64,000 bases of DNA from the human T2T-CHM13v2.0 reference genome, Homo sapiens: assembly GCF_009914755.1 (NCBI RefSeq), contig NC_060925.1. One strand, 5' to 3'. Each line of letters starts with the position of its first letter. Position 1 is the first letter of the stretch. The position numbers and the translations under genes were made by a program. Positions 1-16,110 of this stretch are shown here, piece after piece. Below the pieces are notes generated by a model. That model saw nothing but the letters and a program-made list of their open reading frames with translations. It ran no database searches and was not told the origin of the DNA.

Positions 1-1087
1 AAAAGAAACAATACAGAAACTTCATTCTGCTATCACAAAGCCTTCAAAGAAATGACGATTGATGCCTTAGTGAGGTTCACTAGAAGGGAAAAAGTTGGCA
101 GATGTTTCCCACAGAAGGAAAAGCATGAGCAAAATTCTGGAGACTTGCCATAGCTTCTTATGCTTCTGGAGGCAGTATGGCTTCAGGGTTTGGATGTCAG
201 CAATCCCTGAAACCATGTTTCACAAGTCTCCAGATGCCAATTTTTTCATTAATAAAGTATAATAATTCATATCTCATGGGGCTGTTAAACAAGAACATAA
301 AGTACTCAGCTGTATGGTAAGAGCTCAACAAAGCTTAGCCATCATTATTATTACTAGCCTGGCATGAATGAAGTTAAGGAATGGTGGTGGGTGATGAGTG
401 TGGGAGAAATCAGAGGTTACATCATAAAAGGCTTTGATGGCCACATTAGGAGTATGGATCTTATCTCCTAAAGGTATTGCAAAGTTCTTAAATGGCTCTG
501 CCATGGTGCGATTAAATTTATGTCTTGGAAAGATCACATTGGTCATGGTATGCACATGTGGTTTTTGCCTATTCAGTTAAAAGCTCCTTAAAGCTTTTTA
601 TACCACCACAGTCTTATGCACCTAAGAGGCTAAATTATTTGCCAATTTGTTGTGGTTGAATTATCTATTTCAGAACTACTCTGAATTATTAGGTTGAGAT
701 TGAATGAGAGGAGCAGGACTGGAAGTGGAGAGGACATTTAGAAAGTTTCCTCGGTAATCCAGACAGTAGATGGTGGTGACCTCAATAATTGCCCAGTTAC
801 CTTCAGGACAAAGTCCAAGTTCCTTATAATGGTATACAAAGCTGGCACAATCAGACCCTTATTCTCAAAACAGCTTACCTCTCACTTGTCTTCTCACTTG
901 CTCCAGTTATGTACAATTATTTAAAGTTCTTGAAATATTCCTTTCCCTGTGTCTTCCCTCCATAGTTTCTCCTTCTGCATAGAATATTTCCTTTCCCTAT
1001 CCACTTTCTACCTATTTATTCTACCTCCTATTCATCCTTCAAAGCTCAGCTCAGATTTCGCTTCCTCTAGGAAACCTTCAATGGCAT

Positions 1088-1492
1088 TATCTTAGTCTTT
1101 TTGGGCTGCTATAAAAAAACACCATAAACTGGGAGGCTTATAAACAACGGAAATGTATTTCTCACAGTTTTGGAGGCTGGGAAGTCCTAGATCAAGTCAC
1201 TGACAGGTTCAATGTCTGGTGAAGGTTCACACTCTGGCTCATAACGGTGCATTCCCACTATATCCTCACATAGTAGAAGGGGCTAACTAGCTCTCTGGGG
1301 TCTCTTTTACAAGCGTATTAATCCCATTTATGAGGGCTCCATCTCCAATGTCTATGATTTAATCACCTCCTAATGGCTCCACCTCATAATACTTCTGGAG
1401 GCAGAAGTATTAACCTTAAGGGTTAAGATTTCAACATATAAACTGGTGGGGGAGGGAGGTGGGGATGGGACACAAACATTCAGACCACAGCA
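1088..1492 (-). mobile_element. MLT1A-type MaLR solo LTR
   Basis: Minus strand starts TGCTGTGGTCTGAATGTTTGTGTCCC and ends TAGCAGCCCAAAAAGACTAAGATA, matching recalled MLT1A termini. Confidence 0.8.
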
Positions 1493-1505
1493 GACAACTT
1501 GCTCT

Positions 1506-1511
1506 TTTAAT
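1506..1511 (-). terminator. Poly(A) signal ATTAAA for the short exon-4 read-through isoform
   Basis: TTTAAT on + about 415 nt past the read-through stop, with GU-rich sequence about 15-40 nt downstream on the minus strand. Confidence 0.55.
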
Positions 1512-1929
1512 GTGGAATGGATGACCCTCCAATATTTCCCCAGAGCACCCCATGCTCTTCTATCAGGGAACTTATTAAAATCATGTAACATGTTTCTTGG
1601 TGACAAGAATTAGGTCTTTTGTTTCTGTAACACATGCCAGATACTTAGCCCGGTATCTGGCATGTGGCATGCCCAGTAAATGTTTGCTGAATAAGTGAAT
1701 CCATGTCTCTTGCTTGCCGCTATTTGCCCACTGAATCCATGAAGTGAGTTTTCATAATGGATACCACTGAAAATTCAACCCTGAAAAGAATGTCTTCGGT
1801 TGTGGGACCATAAAGTCTTAGAAATAGTGAAGCTCCTACTGTCAGTCCTTGAAAGGGAACAGGACAGCTGCTGTATGCCTTGAGAATGGGCAAAAGACAA
1901 GCGACAAAAAGAGCACCGAAGGCACCTAC

Positions 1930-2105
1930 TTGTCCCTCTGGGCCAGGGTCTCAGTGTATTGGTCGGGCTTGACCTGGTCTCCTGGTACATCTTCCCAGTT
2001 TTTGGTGACTCCCTTCAGTTTCTCTGAGAGCTCCAGGTTACACTCCTTCTCTGCTTCCACCAGAGCTGCCATCCGCGCAGCTTCATTCTTTGCTAGCCTG
2101 GATTC
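1930..2105 (-). CDS. PDE4DIP: PDE4DIP-like exon 4 (176 nt) ESRLAKNEAARMAALVEAEKECNLELSEKLKGVTKNWEDVPGDQVKPDQYTETLAQRD(K)
   Basis: Acceptor TTGTTCTTTTTCCAG|GAA, donor AA|GTAGGT. Read-through of the donor gives AAG TAG (stop ending at 1926), as in the short isoform ending LAQRDK. Confidence 0.92.
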
Positions 2106-2294
2106 CTGGAAAAAGAACAAAAACTGAGAGGCTGCAAAATTTCTACCTAGATTAGGAGCCCTAAGACCCAGGAACATTGATGAATTTCAGAGGGAAAGTA
2201 GAGACGGAAAAGGTGAATGCCAGAAGGCAGAGCAGTAGGAAGAGGAGTGTTAATAAAAGAGAACCCCTACCTATGGACTTTGGGAACTCCTCAC

Positions 2295-2418
2295 CTCCTG
2301 CAGAAGCTGGATCTTATTCTCCAAGAGCTCATAAACATGCTCCGTCTCCTGCTGTCGCTCCTCAAACTGGCGTCGGAGCTCAGCTTCATTCTGACTGTTG
2401 AGATTCTCCACATCACCC
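2295..2418 (-). CDS. PDE4DIP: PDE4DIP-like exon 3 (124 nt), coiled coil GDVENLNSQNEAELRRQFEERQQETEHVYELLENKIQLLQE
   Basis: Acceptor GGTTTTAG|G, donor GAG|GTGAGG; 1 nt + 41 codons; matches the recalled myomegalin sequence. Confidence 0.92.
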
Positions 2419-2479
2419 CTAAAACCACAGAGCATTAGCCAATCAGAGCCAGACATGCAGTTTAGCCAGTGGAACCATT

Positions 2480-4040
<1,561 letters not shown>

Positions 4041-4989
4041 TGAAAATATTTTTAATAATTTTAGCAATACTTGTCATTTAACACTAAGCTTTTAAAAAAC
4101 TGTAAATTATAAAAGTAACCATTTTAGCAATATAAATGTATATAAAGAAAAATATCAAGTCTTCTCCCTATCACGGACTGTGATCTCACTCTTCCTCAGT
4201 ATACTATAAATATCACTCAGCAACTTTTCCCCCTTACTTTAATCAAGGAATTCCCACTAGGACAATAATATAGAGCTAACTCATTCTTCAATAATTGCAT
4301 AATAGTCCACAGTGTAGTAATACCAAAATTTATTCAATCAATTGAGTCTTGCCTTGGTCCACAGCCTCTCACCTCATCTCTGCCCTCTTTGTGAACCTTG
4401 ACATAATTAGGGATTTAGTTGGATCAGCAATCTAGTCAAGGAAGAATAAACTGTAGAGCTTCAGGGTTTCCCCTGAGCTACTTATCAATTTTCCCAACCT
4501 ATTTATCATTACCCCTGGATCATGAACACTGCTTAAGTCTATTCGTTCTCTAAACCATTGCAGGACAGAGTATATATTAAAATAAATTTTTCCTATCTAA
4601 TACAGGTTGTTCCTGAAAACGAAATTGCTAGAATAATACTTTTAATAGAATTATAGTAATAGAACAATACTTTTAAATGCCTGGGGATTCAATTATTTAA
4701 AGAAATTTGGTTGTAAACATTTTTAAAAACAATGCTTTTATCATAAAATTGGAATTTTATAAATTAGGTTTGCTTAAGGTGAGAGGGGACTCTGATGGTA
4801 AAGTTATACAGGGAACAATTAATTTTTATTGAGGTGAGGATGCAACAAGTAAGATTTGGGGAAACAGAAATAAGGAAATAAAAACATCCCAAGTGTGTCT
4901 GGTGCAGGTTAAGTGGCTTAGTGTGTGGTAAGGAGTATAGAAAATAGTTTGCAACTAGTTTGTGAAAATCCTGCTAAGACAACTAGATA

Positions 4990-5321
<332 letters not shown>

Positions 5322-6297
5322 TCAAAGACTTATCAGGGAGCTTTAAGCAAAGTATTGGCATGATCGGGTCCATGTTGAAGAAGGAATTATGAAGAAGGTG
5401 GGTGGGTCAGGGGCAACTAACCAGAATAGGGAGGGGGACTGTCTAAGGACAAGAGGTACAGGGAGAAAGACTCAAAAGACATTTCAGAGACAGAAGCCAC
5501 AGGCCTTGATGACTTGTGAGATTCAGATTAGACTGGAGGGAGGACCAAAGACAATGCTGAAATTTCCAGCATGTCAGTGGGAATGCATTCTATTAACTAA
5601 AATAGGGGCAGGTTTGTAGGGGAACCTAAGGAGGTTTCTGCAAAATGTTAATTGTGGGATTACTTTATTTCAGCTTAAATGTTAGCATGCAAAGATGGAT
5701 TAGTCCCTTCCCTGATGAAGTCCATAATACAGTATTAGGCAAGAAGAATGTTATTTAGTAAAGAAGTCTTTAGATCAGAGGTTGACAGAGAGACTGAAGG
5801 TAAAGTAGCTAAAGTATGAAAAGTAGTATTGTGGGTACTAGAACAGTAGGGAGGATTTTACTTTACTATCGCCATATAATAACCACCAACACCTAGACTT
5901 CTAGAAGTCCAAGGCAACACACAATAGCAGCATATTTTCTACCATACTTGTGAAGGCATTTCATAACCCATGTTTCCATGCAGGGTGGTTGAAACACAAA
6001 TACTAATTGGGAAAAGTAGAAACCTGGTTTAGATATTTGAGAGTTACTTAGAATTAAAGAATTTTAGAGCTGGAAGGCAGTTGGACTCAAGGCATTTTAG
6101 ATCATATTACTAGTACTTTTTTAGTGACATACTGAGAAGAATGTTTATTCCCCTCATAAGTAGGTACCTTTTGACCAAGGTTAGAACATAGATTCAGATC
6201 CAGTGAGATGAAAATATCCTAATTTCTTCAAAAGAAGGGAATGATAGCCCTGTCTTTTCAGGATATCCTTTAAAGTTATTATTTTATGAACACTAAA

Positions 6298-6492
6298 TAG
6301 CATTACCAGATTTAGCAAATAAAAATATAAGATATCTACTTCAATTTAAATTTCAGATAAACAACAAATAATTTGTTTCATTAGAAGTATATCCTTTGCA
6401 ATATTTGAGACATAACTTAAACGCTAAAACATTGTTTGTTGTTTATCTGAAATTTAAATTGAATTGAGTACCCTGTATTTTATTCTGCAATA
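6298..6492. mobile_element. MER53 palindromic MITE
   Basis: Inverted arms TTTAAATTTCAGATAAACAACAAA / TTTGTTGTTTATCTGAAATTTAAA; about 190 bp. Confidence 0.75.
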
Positions 6493-7549
6493 CAAATACC
6501 AAAAGATTAACAAATGGAAACACGCATATTTCAATTTTGTATGAAGAACAAGTCTAAGATCTCTATATCAGTTCCATGGCCTGGCACTGCAAGAATAATT
6601 CATCTGTACCAATTGATGAATCAGTAAAATAGAAGATTTGCTAAACAGTTGCTATGTCCCCAGCTTTGTGGTCAATACTTAAAGGAATTCAAATGTCTTC
6701 ATAAAAAATGGTCCCTAAGCTACTGGCCCTTCATAGAGGTGAAGGAATATGCATTCAATTATGTGGGAAATGCAAAGAGGGAGCAATTTCCTAATCTGTA
6801 ATAGGCAGATAATTGTATTTTCCTCATTCATAAACCTACTGAGAGGATCGTGAGGCATAAATAAATCAATACATGTAAAGGACTTAGGACAGTGTTTCTA
6901 ACACAGGTATAACTATAATTTTAATTATAATAATATTATTATCACCATCATCATCAAGAACAACAGCATTATCATTTGGAACAGCAGTTTGCTTTCCATG
7001 AGACCATAATGTTTCAAGTGGATTCAGTGTTCAGGATATGGTGCTGAGAAAGAGGACTCCTAAGTTTATTATTATTTCTGCCACCAATTGATTCACTTCT
7101 GTGACCTTGGGTAAAATTCTGCTAAGGCTTCTCCACCTGGAAAATGACAAAGACTGGGCAAAAAGCTATTTAAATCTCATATGAAAGAAAATGGAATCTA
7201 TAATTATGAAGTGTTATTATCAATGATATTCCTATGCCTGGCTAATTTATATAAATCAGAAAAGTCTGGATATGCTAAACCACCTCAGATAAGCCAAAAC
7301 TGCTTGAGCAGATTTTTTAAAAATCTCATATCTAAAAATACGTGAGGTCTCAAATGACTGGAGCTATATGGATGTCCTCTGCCTAGTTCTTAGTCTCATG
7401 ATGTGACATAGGGAATCTCTATCAGGTATAAACTGATCAACAGAAAGTTCCCTGAAAAGTCCCTTACTATTAATACTATTTTTGCATGAGGAATCTTTGA
7501 ATATTCAAATAAAAATAAACAAACAACAGGGAAAGTGAGAGGCACTATG

Positions 7550-7790
7550 AAACCAACCTAAAGCCAGAAAGAATTAGGTTCAAATCCTGGCTCTATCACT
7601 TTCCTGCTAGGTGACCTTGGGCAGGTTAACTAATCACTATGAGCCTCAGTTTTCTTATAAGTATAGTGTGGTTGCTTTGCTTTTTAATGAAGATAAGTAT
7701 TCACGAGGGATTCTGTGAGGATTGAATGAGACAATGTGCATGATAAGCATAGAACAATGCCTTGCACACAGCTGTGCAACAACCTTGATT
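7550..7790 (+). mobile_element. MIR
   Basis: GGTTCAAATCCTGGCTCTATCACTT...GTGACCTTGGGCAGGTT...GAGCCTCAGTTTTCTT core. Confidence 0.75.
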
Positions 7791-8207
7791 CACTTTCCCT
7801 TCATGTCCAGGCTAACTAGTGCCAGTCAGAGACCTCAGCCTTACCAGGAAAAATACTTAGATCTAAAAGGAAGAAAAACAGAGGACATAAATTAGTACGT
7901 TCTATCTGTTCTAAATCCTACTGAAGAAAATGAAGTCAATGCTTTGACCAATTTGCCCAAAGATTCACAGATTTGAAGACCTCAGCATTTCTGTGTTCTA
8001 GTTCTCTTAGTTTAAAGACAAGGAAATTGAAATCCAGAAGGGTTACCTCCAAGGTAAAAGCCGTAACTGAAACCAACACTCCACTCTTGCTTTAGCCTTT
8101 TATCAGAGAGACCAGCTTAGCAAACACTGCCCAGTTTTGTCTGATTTTGTAGAATGTGGTAAATTATAGAATTAGAGAATGTGCTGCATTTAGTCTTGAA
8201 AGAATAT

Positions 8208-8432
8208 ATGGAGGCAGTAAGTATAGTGGTCAAGAGCATAGGCTCTGAAGGCGAGAAGGGGGCTTGACAAGTCACCTGCCCTCTCTAAGAGCCTCATTCA
8301 CCTCATCTATCAAGGAGATAACAATGATACCAATCTACAAAGGATGTTAGGGAGACTAAATGAAATTATGCACAAAAATCACATCGCACAGTGCCTGGCA
8401 TGCAGTCAGTATTCAGAAAATGATAACTATTA
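8208..8432 (+). mobile_element. MIR
   Basis: GGCAGTAAGTATAGTGGTCAAGAGCATAGGCTCTG head and GCACAGTGCCTGGCA tail. Confidence 0.7.
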
Positions 8433-9696
8433 TTAACTATAAAAACAATAACAATTTACCCTCTCTAACTAGGATGGCTGAAATCCAGAAGGGTTTTCAA
8501 GGTAAAAGCAATAATCTTACATCAAAGTCTAACCTTCTTGCACCTTCTTTCTGTAGAAAAATCATCATATAGCTTATCACATTTATTCATTCTCCATTAC
8601 TAAATATTCATGTGTAAATTGTTAAATTCTTTTATAGCATCAGTAGATTCCAAATTAACTGCATTTGCTTATTTTATCACCAAGTCTTCTTGGCTCTTTG
8701 TCAAGATATCTAAGGAAATTTATGTACTCAAGAAAGGGGAGATGGGAAGAAAGCACTTCTCTTTCTTCATGCCTCCAAAGGAGTGTTCGCCCATCTAACT
8801 CAAGAAAAAGTTTCAATGATGAAGCTGAAATTAAACTTCTATTAGGTATTTCTTCCTTCTCCCCAGGACTGGAGTACATGAATAGTCTCATATCTGGTTT
8901 CCCCAACCTCAGTCCCTCTACTACTTAAATTTTCCCTAAAGCATAGCTCTGGTTATTTCATTCCGTCTGTCCAAAAAGCATTTAATATGTGATGCAGGTC
9001 CAGCTAAAGAAGAAAAAGGAAAGAAAGAAAAAACCTTTTAACGATTTTTAACTGTACAGCGATTAAATTATACACAACTGGCCTGATAATAGAGTCTATT
9101 CAAAATTTGACCTCAATCTACCTATCCAGCTTTATCTTCCATTATTATCTGCTAGCCTAACTGGATTTCCCAAACATGCCCTATGCTTCTTGGTGCCACA
9201 TCATTGTGTGCCCTTCAGCTTCATGGTTAAATGCTACGTCCCCTGTGAAGCCTTACTTTATCTCTCCAAATTAAAAGTAATTTCTCATGATGACATTATG
9301 AGCTTTCAAATATTCTTTTCATACTGCAACATTGGCATCCTGTGTAAATGCTTCATATTTCTACACCTGTCTTATTTACCCTTTTAAATTGCAAACTCCC
9401 TAAGGACAGAGGAAATGATGGTGTGGCAGAACTACCCAGGTGCGCTGGTTATTAAGATACTGCCTCTCAGCGTTGTCATGCTGGGGCAGGAATTTCAGGA
9501 TAAGTAAACCTAGGTTCACATACCTTTCTGCCACTTCCTAACTGGGGGACCTTTTTTGTGTAAATTACTTCAACTTTTACAACCTAATTTCCTCATTTAT
9601 AAAATAGGGGTTGCAAAAATTACCTCAAAGTTTGTAGTGAGGAATAAATGAATTTATGTAAAGTACCCAGCACAATGTCTGATACAAATAACCGCA

Positions 9697-9996
9697 GCTC
9701 GGGCGCGGTGGCTCACGCCTGTAATCCCAGCACTTCGGGAGGCCGAGGCGGGCGGATCACGAGGTCGGGAGATCGAGACCATCCTGCTTAACACGGTGAA
9801 ACCCCGTCTCTACTAAAAATACAAAAAAAATTAGCCGAGCGTGGTGGCAGGTGCCTGTAGTTCCAGCTACTCGGAGGCTGAGGCAGGAGAATGGCGTGAA
9901 CCCGGAGGCGGAGCTTGCAGTGAGCCGAGATCGCGCCACTGCACTCCAGCCTGGGCGACAGAGTAAGACTCCGTCTCAAAAACAACAACAACAAAA
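9697..9996 (+). mobile_element. AluY-like, at the end of a MIR
   Basis: CpG-rich dimer with GAGCTTGCAGTGAGCCGAGATCGCG; TSD-like ACAAATAACCG(A)CAG on both sides. Confidence 0.9.
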
Positions 9997-10201
9997 ACAA
10001 ATAACCGACAGCTGTGACTAATCTGAGGTCCTCGCAGTGTCTCTCACCTCTTGGTGCAGTAAAAGCATTGAAAGAGTGAACCAACAAGAGAACAAAGAAG
10101 GAATAGATGACAAGAGGCGGAAGTGGACTAACAATGATATGTTTGTTGAATGAGTGAGAAGGTAATAGATAATGCTGTGAGATTATGTGGAAAACTTTTT
10201 A

Positions 10202-11196
<995 letters not shown>

Positions 11197-13004
11197 GACT
11201 TTTTCAGTTTTAAGCTAAGAATATTCTCTAATAGGTATATTATTGACCCATTGACAATAGAAGATTGAATACACTTTAGGATTCCAGCCTCCTCTTCTAC
11301 TGCTCATGCTCTCCGTAAGAAGGGCTAAACATCCTACTCCTGTGCACTACATTGGAGCTCAGAAATACTGACTTAAAATCTCCAGATCTTAACACGGACT
11401 TTTAAAGGGAAGATTGAGTATGGACCCAGTATTAGATGGTATTATGGAATTATTTTTAAGCTTTTTGGGTACAATAATAGTATTGTGGTTATGTTTAAAA
11501 ACAAAGCCTTCTCTGTGAGAGTTATATTCTGATATCTTCCCAAATAAAATTATATGATGTCAGAGAGTTGCTGTAAGGGGTGGAAGAGGACAAGATGGAG
11601 AACGAACAGTGCAGGGAGATCACTGAAAAGAACAGCAAAATGTTGGGAACCGTTAAAGCTGAGTGATGGGAACATGGCTCCCTGGTAAATGGGACACATA
11701 CATCGGGAGGTACTATTTTCGTAGTCTTTGTTTATATTTGAAAATTTTCAAACTTACATAATGAGAAGTCAAAAGGGGCATTTTCATCCCAAAAAGGCAA
11801 ATGTCCATATTCTTTTTTATTTTTTCATTTTCATTTCTGGAATTACCTAAACTCAGGTTATAGATAGCAATGAAAATTCGGCTCCCTGTGGCAGCTTCTT
11901 TCAGCCACCAGACTTACATAGACTCAGTGGTGCAGAGTCCGTTTCCCAATACTGAGGGATAAAGAAAATTAAACCTGCCTCTAGGCACGTCTCAAACTTG
12001 GGAGACTCAGAATACAACAGAGTATGGGATATAGGGAGGAAAGAAGAGATGCAGAAATAAATTAAAAACAAGATTTGTTTAAAGAGGAACTGCAACTTCT
12101 TTAATTGGGCAGATTGAACCAATAAAAGCACAGTTCTCTCCCTTCACCTCTTATCCTTTAGTCTCTTCAACTTTCACATTGCTTCACTCACTCTCTTCCT
12201 CTCCCTTTCACCTGCTCACCTTAGCCAACTTGAACTGTGCCCTCTGATCTGACACAGGATGACAATGACATCAGTCATTACCCAGCAGCCATTTTTTCTG
12301 ATAACTAGAGTTCTGAGTGATGATAGTTCATGGTGAGATAATTTCCAAGACCTCGCTAGCCATTGGTGGTACTACTCTCCATTAAAGACAAGGGCATTTG
12401 CTGATTGAGAAATCAATCATACAAGTGTCCTTGGAGGCCACCAAGGCTTTGCCTGAACTGTTCTCAGCCTATGATGGTTTCTCTTTCTAAACCTGTTCTT
12501 CTAGGTTCAGCTCAAACATCCTCTCCTATAGAAACCTTTCCCCAACCTCCCAGTCAGAACTAATAATTTCTTTTCACTTCAACTGTACTTAGTTTATAAT
12601 TTATATGACTATAATTTAATAACTGAGACTCTTCTGATAGTACAAACAGGTGCTATCATAATTACCTCTGGGCAACAGGCAAAAATCAAGATTGTCCTTA
12701 GTAAACCAGGATTCATACCAGGTCATCTGATGTTTACCTCTAGTATAGCACTCACCCGACTCTGCCTTACATTGCTTATTTAAAATGTCTGCCTCCCCTT
12801 CTAGGTTTTATAAAAGTTCTTGGCTCACAGTAACTCTTAGTATAAGTTTCTGAAATAAACACTTTGTTATCACTTTTGAATTGATGGCTTACATTTTTGT
12901 TTTGGCATTTAACTTCACATTTGTGCATTCATGTGTATGCATTTCAACTCATCTGCAAGCTTATATCCCTCAAAGTTTGCTGCTGGGCTAAGAGCAGCCA
13001 CTCA

Positions 13005-13365
<361 letters not shown>

Positions 13366-14821
13366 GTTTTTAAAAAATCTTGACAGCATACCAGCATACA
13401 TTCATTGATAAAGTCGACAAGAAAGTATTGGAGATTAAAGATTGCCAAAACCTAAGTGCTTTTCTTGGCATCATTGTCCTTGACCTCAAGGAGTTCTCAG
13501 TGTAATCAGAGTTGTGTTAAGGTCAGTGAGTGAAGGAAATGGGTACTGCACCTTTGCAAGATAGTAGGAAGCAAGCCAGAGAAGAGCTGGCATTCCACAA
13601 AAGAGTCTTTATTTGGGACAAAAATCAATATGACCAAATCCCATCCTAATCAATTCTGTAAACTAAAGGAATTTTTAAAAAATAATTTAGCAGGAGGAAG
13701 AGTTTCAAAATCTTGTAGGGAAACCCTGATGTAACTCCTGATTATTCACCCAAAGTGAAAAGTAACTATTAGTGAATGGGTTTTATTTTAAAACGTTTCA
13801 TTTTTAGAATCTTATCTCTTCTAGGAAAAGTGTAGTACATACATCTTTTTTGTATGCAGAGTGAATTTCTTCTCCAGGCTTCTCTGACATCAATGGGGCA
13901 AGGTCATAACTCTATAAAACAGGGAGAAGCACTGAGCATTTTCAGAAAGGACTCTATCTGTCTTGACCAAAAGACAAAGGACTGGTCATTGCAGGATCCC
14001 CAGAAATACATTTTAGTAGCTTCCAAGTGAATTCTTTTGTAAATGGAGTTTCTCTCCATTCATAAGTTTTAGAGCAAAAATGAAGCCTTAGTGGGTCTAG
14101 ATATCTGGCTAACATTAACTCCCTGTGTGACCTTAAACTGGTCGTCCCCAGAGCTTTATGCTTTTATACAATTAACTTGAATTACAGCCTCTCCTTCTTG
14201 CCCATAAGAATGATAATACCACCTGCATTACTCATCTTTTACGCTTATGTGAGACAACTAGCCACCTATCAGAAGGTATTCAAATGCAAAGCATTAAGTT
14301 TTTACACTTTAATGTGAAGTGGAAGAAAGTCTTGATTCAAATGCACAATCTCTACCTTTCTACTGATTCCACATTTGCTGTCTTTTACTAGTGCAGTTAA
14401 GTCCCAAATTAGAAACATAAGTCGCCCCAACATGTGACAAATGTCCTTTGTTGCCAGAGAAAGGACAGTGGGGCTGTGTCCTCAGCCTTAGCAACCAGAA
14501 GATTCTGCAAGACCAGGACATTCTCCTGCCAGAGCCTGCTTTAGTGTCCAGTGCTGTTCTCCAAAGAGATGGAAAAAACCAAGTGGAAAAGTTTCAGTTT
14601 ATTCAATATAAGGCTCCACATTCAAATGGCAAAACTGCTCTGTTCAGGTCATATTTCAAGCCCAACCTATGTCAGTCCTTAGTAAAAGCTTCAAAGCAAT
14701 ACCAGTCCTTTCCCAGCCTGGTTTACCTTGATTAGACAAACACAGACACCCATGTCTGAGTAAGCACTGAGACCATGGATGAGTGCTAAGGAGATTAGGT
14801 GTTTGGATAGACACAGCTAGG

Positions 14822-14822
<1 letters not shown>

Positions 14823-14894
<72 letters not shown>

Positions 14895-14912
14895 CAGAGG
14901 CAAAGACAGAGA
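14823..14912. repeat. Compound (TG)n(AG)n microsatellite
   Basis: About 22 uninterrupted TG units followed by AG repeats. Confidence 0.97.
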
Positions 14913-15956
14913 CAGTGCTCATTGGGCAGAGGACAGAGTAGCTGAGATAGTATCATTTGTTTATTCATTTGCTTTTTCATAAAATACTTAGTAAGCACCT
15001 ACTTGGTATGTGCCGACACTTTAATAGGTACTAGAAAGAGCAAGACAGACAGAATCACAGTCTTCAGAGAATTTACAGCCTATGGGGTTAATTAAACCAA
15101 TGATTATCATAGCATGTAACAAACAAAAGAGAACCCAGAATCAGCTGTATGGAAATGCACACAGGTGGCAGATATAAATAGCAGCAGATACACGAATCAG
15201 TGCGGGTCCATCATATAACTCCTAGCTTTAGTCTCTAAACTTAGGCTCCCACTCAACTCAACTCCTACTCTAACTCAAGATATACCATACCTTGGTTTGC
15301 TCTTTCTCTAAGCATCGCTGTTCTAGTCTTCTAAGGAGCAGGAATATAAATCTACATCTATGTGAAACTACAGCACCCCCAAGGGAAAACAAAGAATCCA
15401 GTGCTATTCTAGTAATTTTAGGGCAGTAGTACAGTACAATGCAAAGTATAGGCTTTTGAACTAAATTGGCCTGGGTTCAAATATGAGCCCTCTTACATTC
15501 TATTAGGTTGAACCATATAAAAATGGAGATATTCAATCATTTTTTTACAGTTTCACGTAGTTCATCTCTGTATTCTAGAGGTAAATCATTTTAACCTAAG
15601 TTTCATTTCCTTCTGTTGTTAGTTTTTTTAATGGTGCTAATACCCCTACCTTTCAGGGTTGTAAATGAAAAGATGTTAAAAAAAAAAAATACCTGACATA
15701 TAGTGGGTGTTCAATAAATGTTAGTTTTCCCAAAGACAGTCAGATGCATGAATCATAATAAGAGGTATTTCTGGTCAACACTAAGCTTAAGAATCCAAGA
15801 AAAGATATATCAAAATGAGACATCTTTGGGTTTGGATAGTGGGGGAGGCTGTATATACACAGGTATGTATGTAGGGGCAGGGAGTAAATGGGAAATCTCT
15901 GGCTCTTCTGCTTAACTTTGCCGTGAGCTTAAAACTGCTCTAAAAAACAAAATCTG

Positions 15957-16110
15957 ACCAGGCCTGGTGGCTCACACTTGTAATCCTAGCACTTTGGGGG
16001 GCTGAAGCAGAAGGATCCCTCGAGCCCAGGAGTTTGAGACCAGCCCGGGCAACATAGAAAGACCCTATCTCATTTTAAAAAACTAAAAAATAAAAAATAA
16101 AATAAAAAAC
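15957..16110 (+). mobile_element. Alu monomer (FLAM-like)
   Basis: Left-arm sequence followed directly by an A-rich tail. Confidence 0.8.

Noticed and set aside
12495-12530. TTCAGCTCAAAC as a remnant of exon 2
   Set aside because: Short match in L2-like context; the translation does not give NIELKVEVES.
14656-14998. THTHTH-rich ORFs
   Set aside because: Translation of the (TG)n microsatellite.
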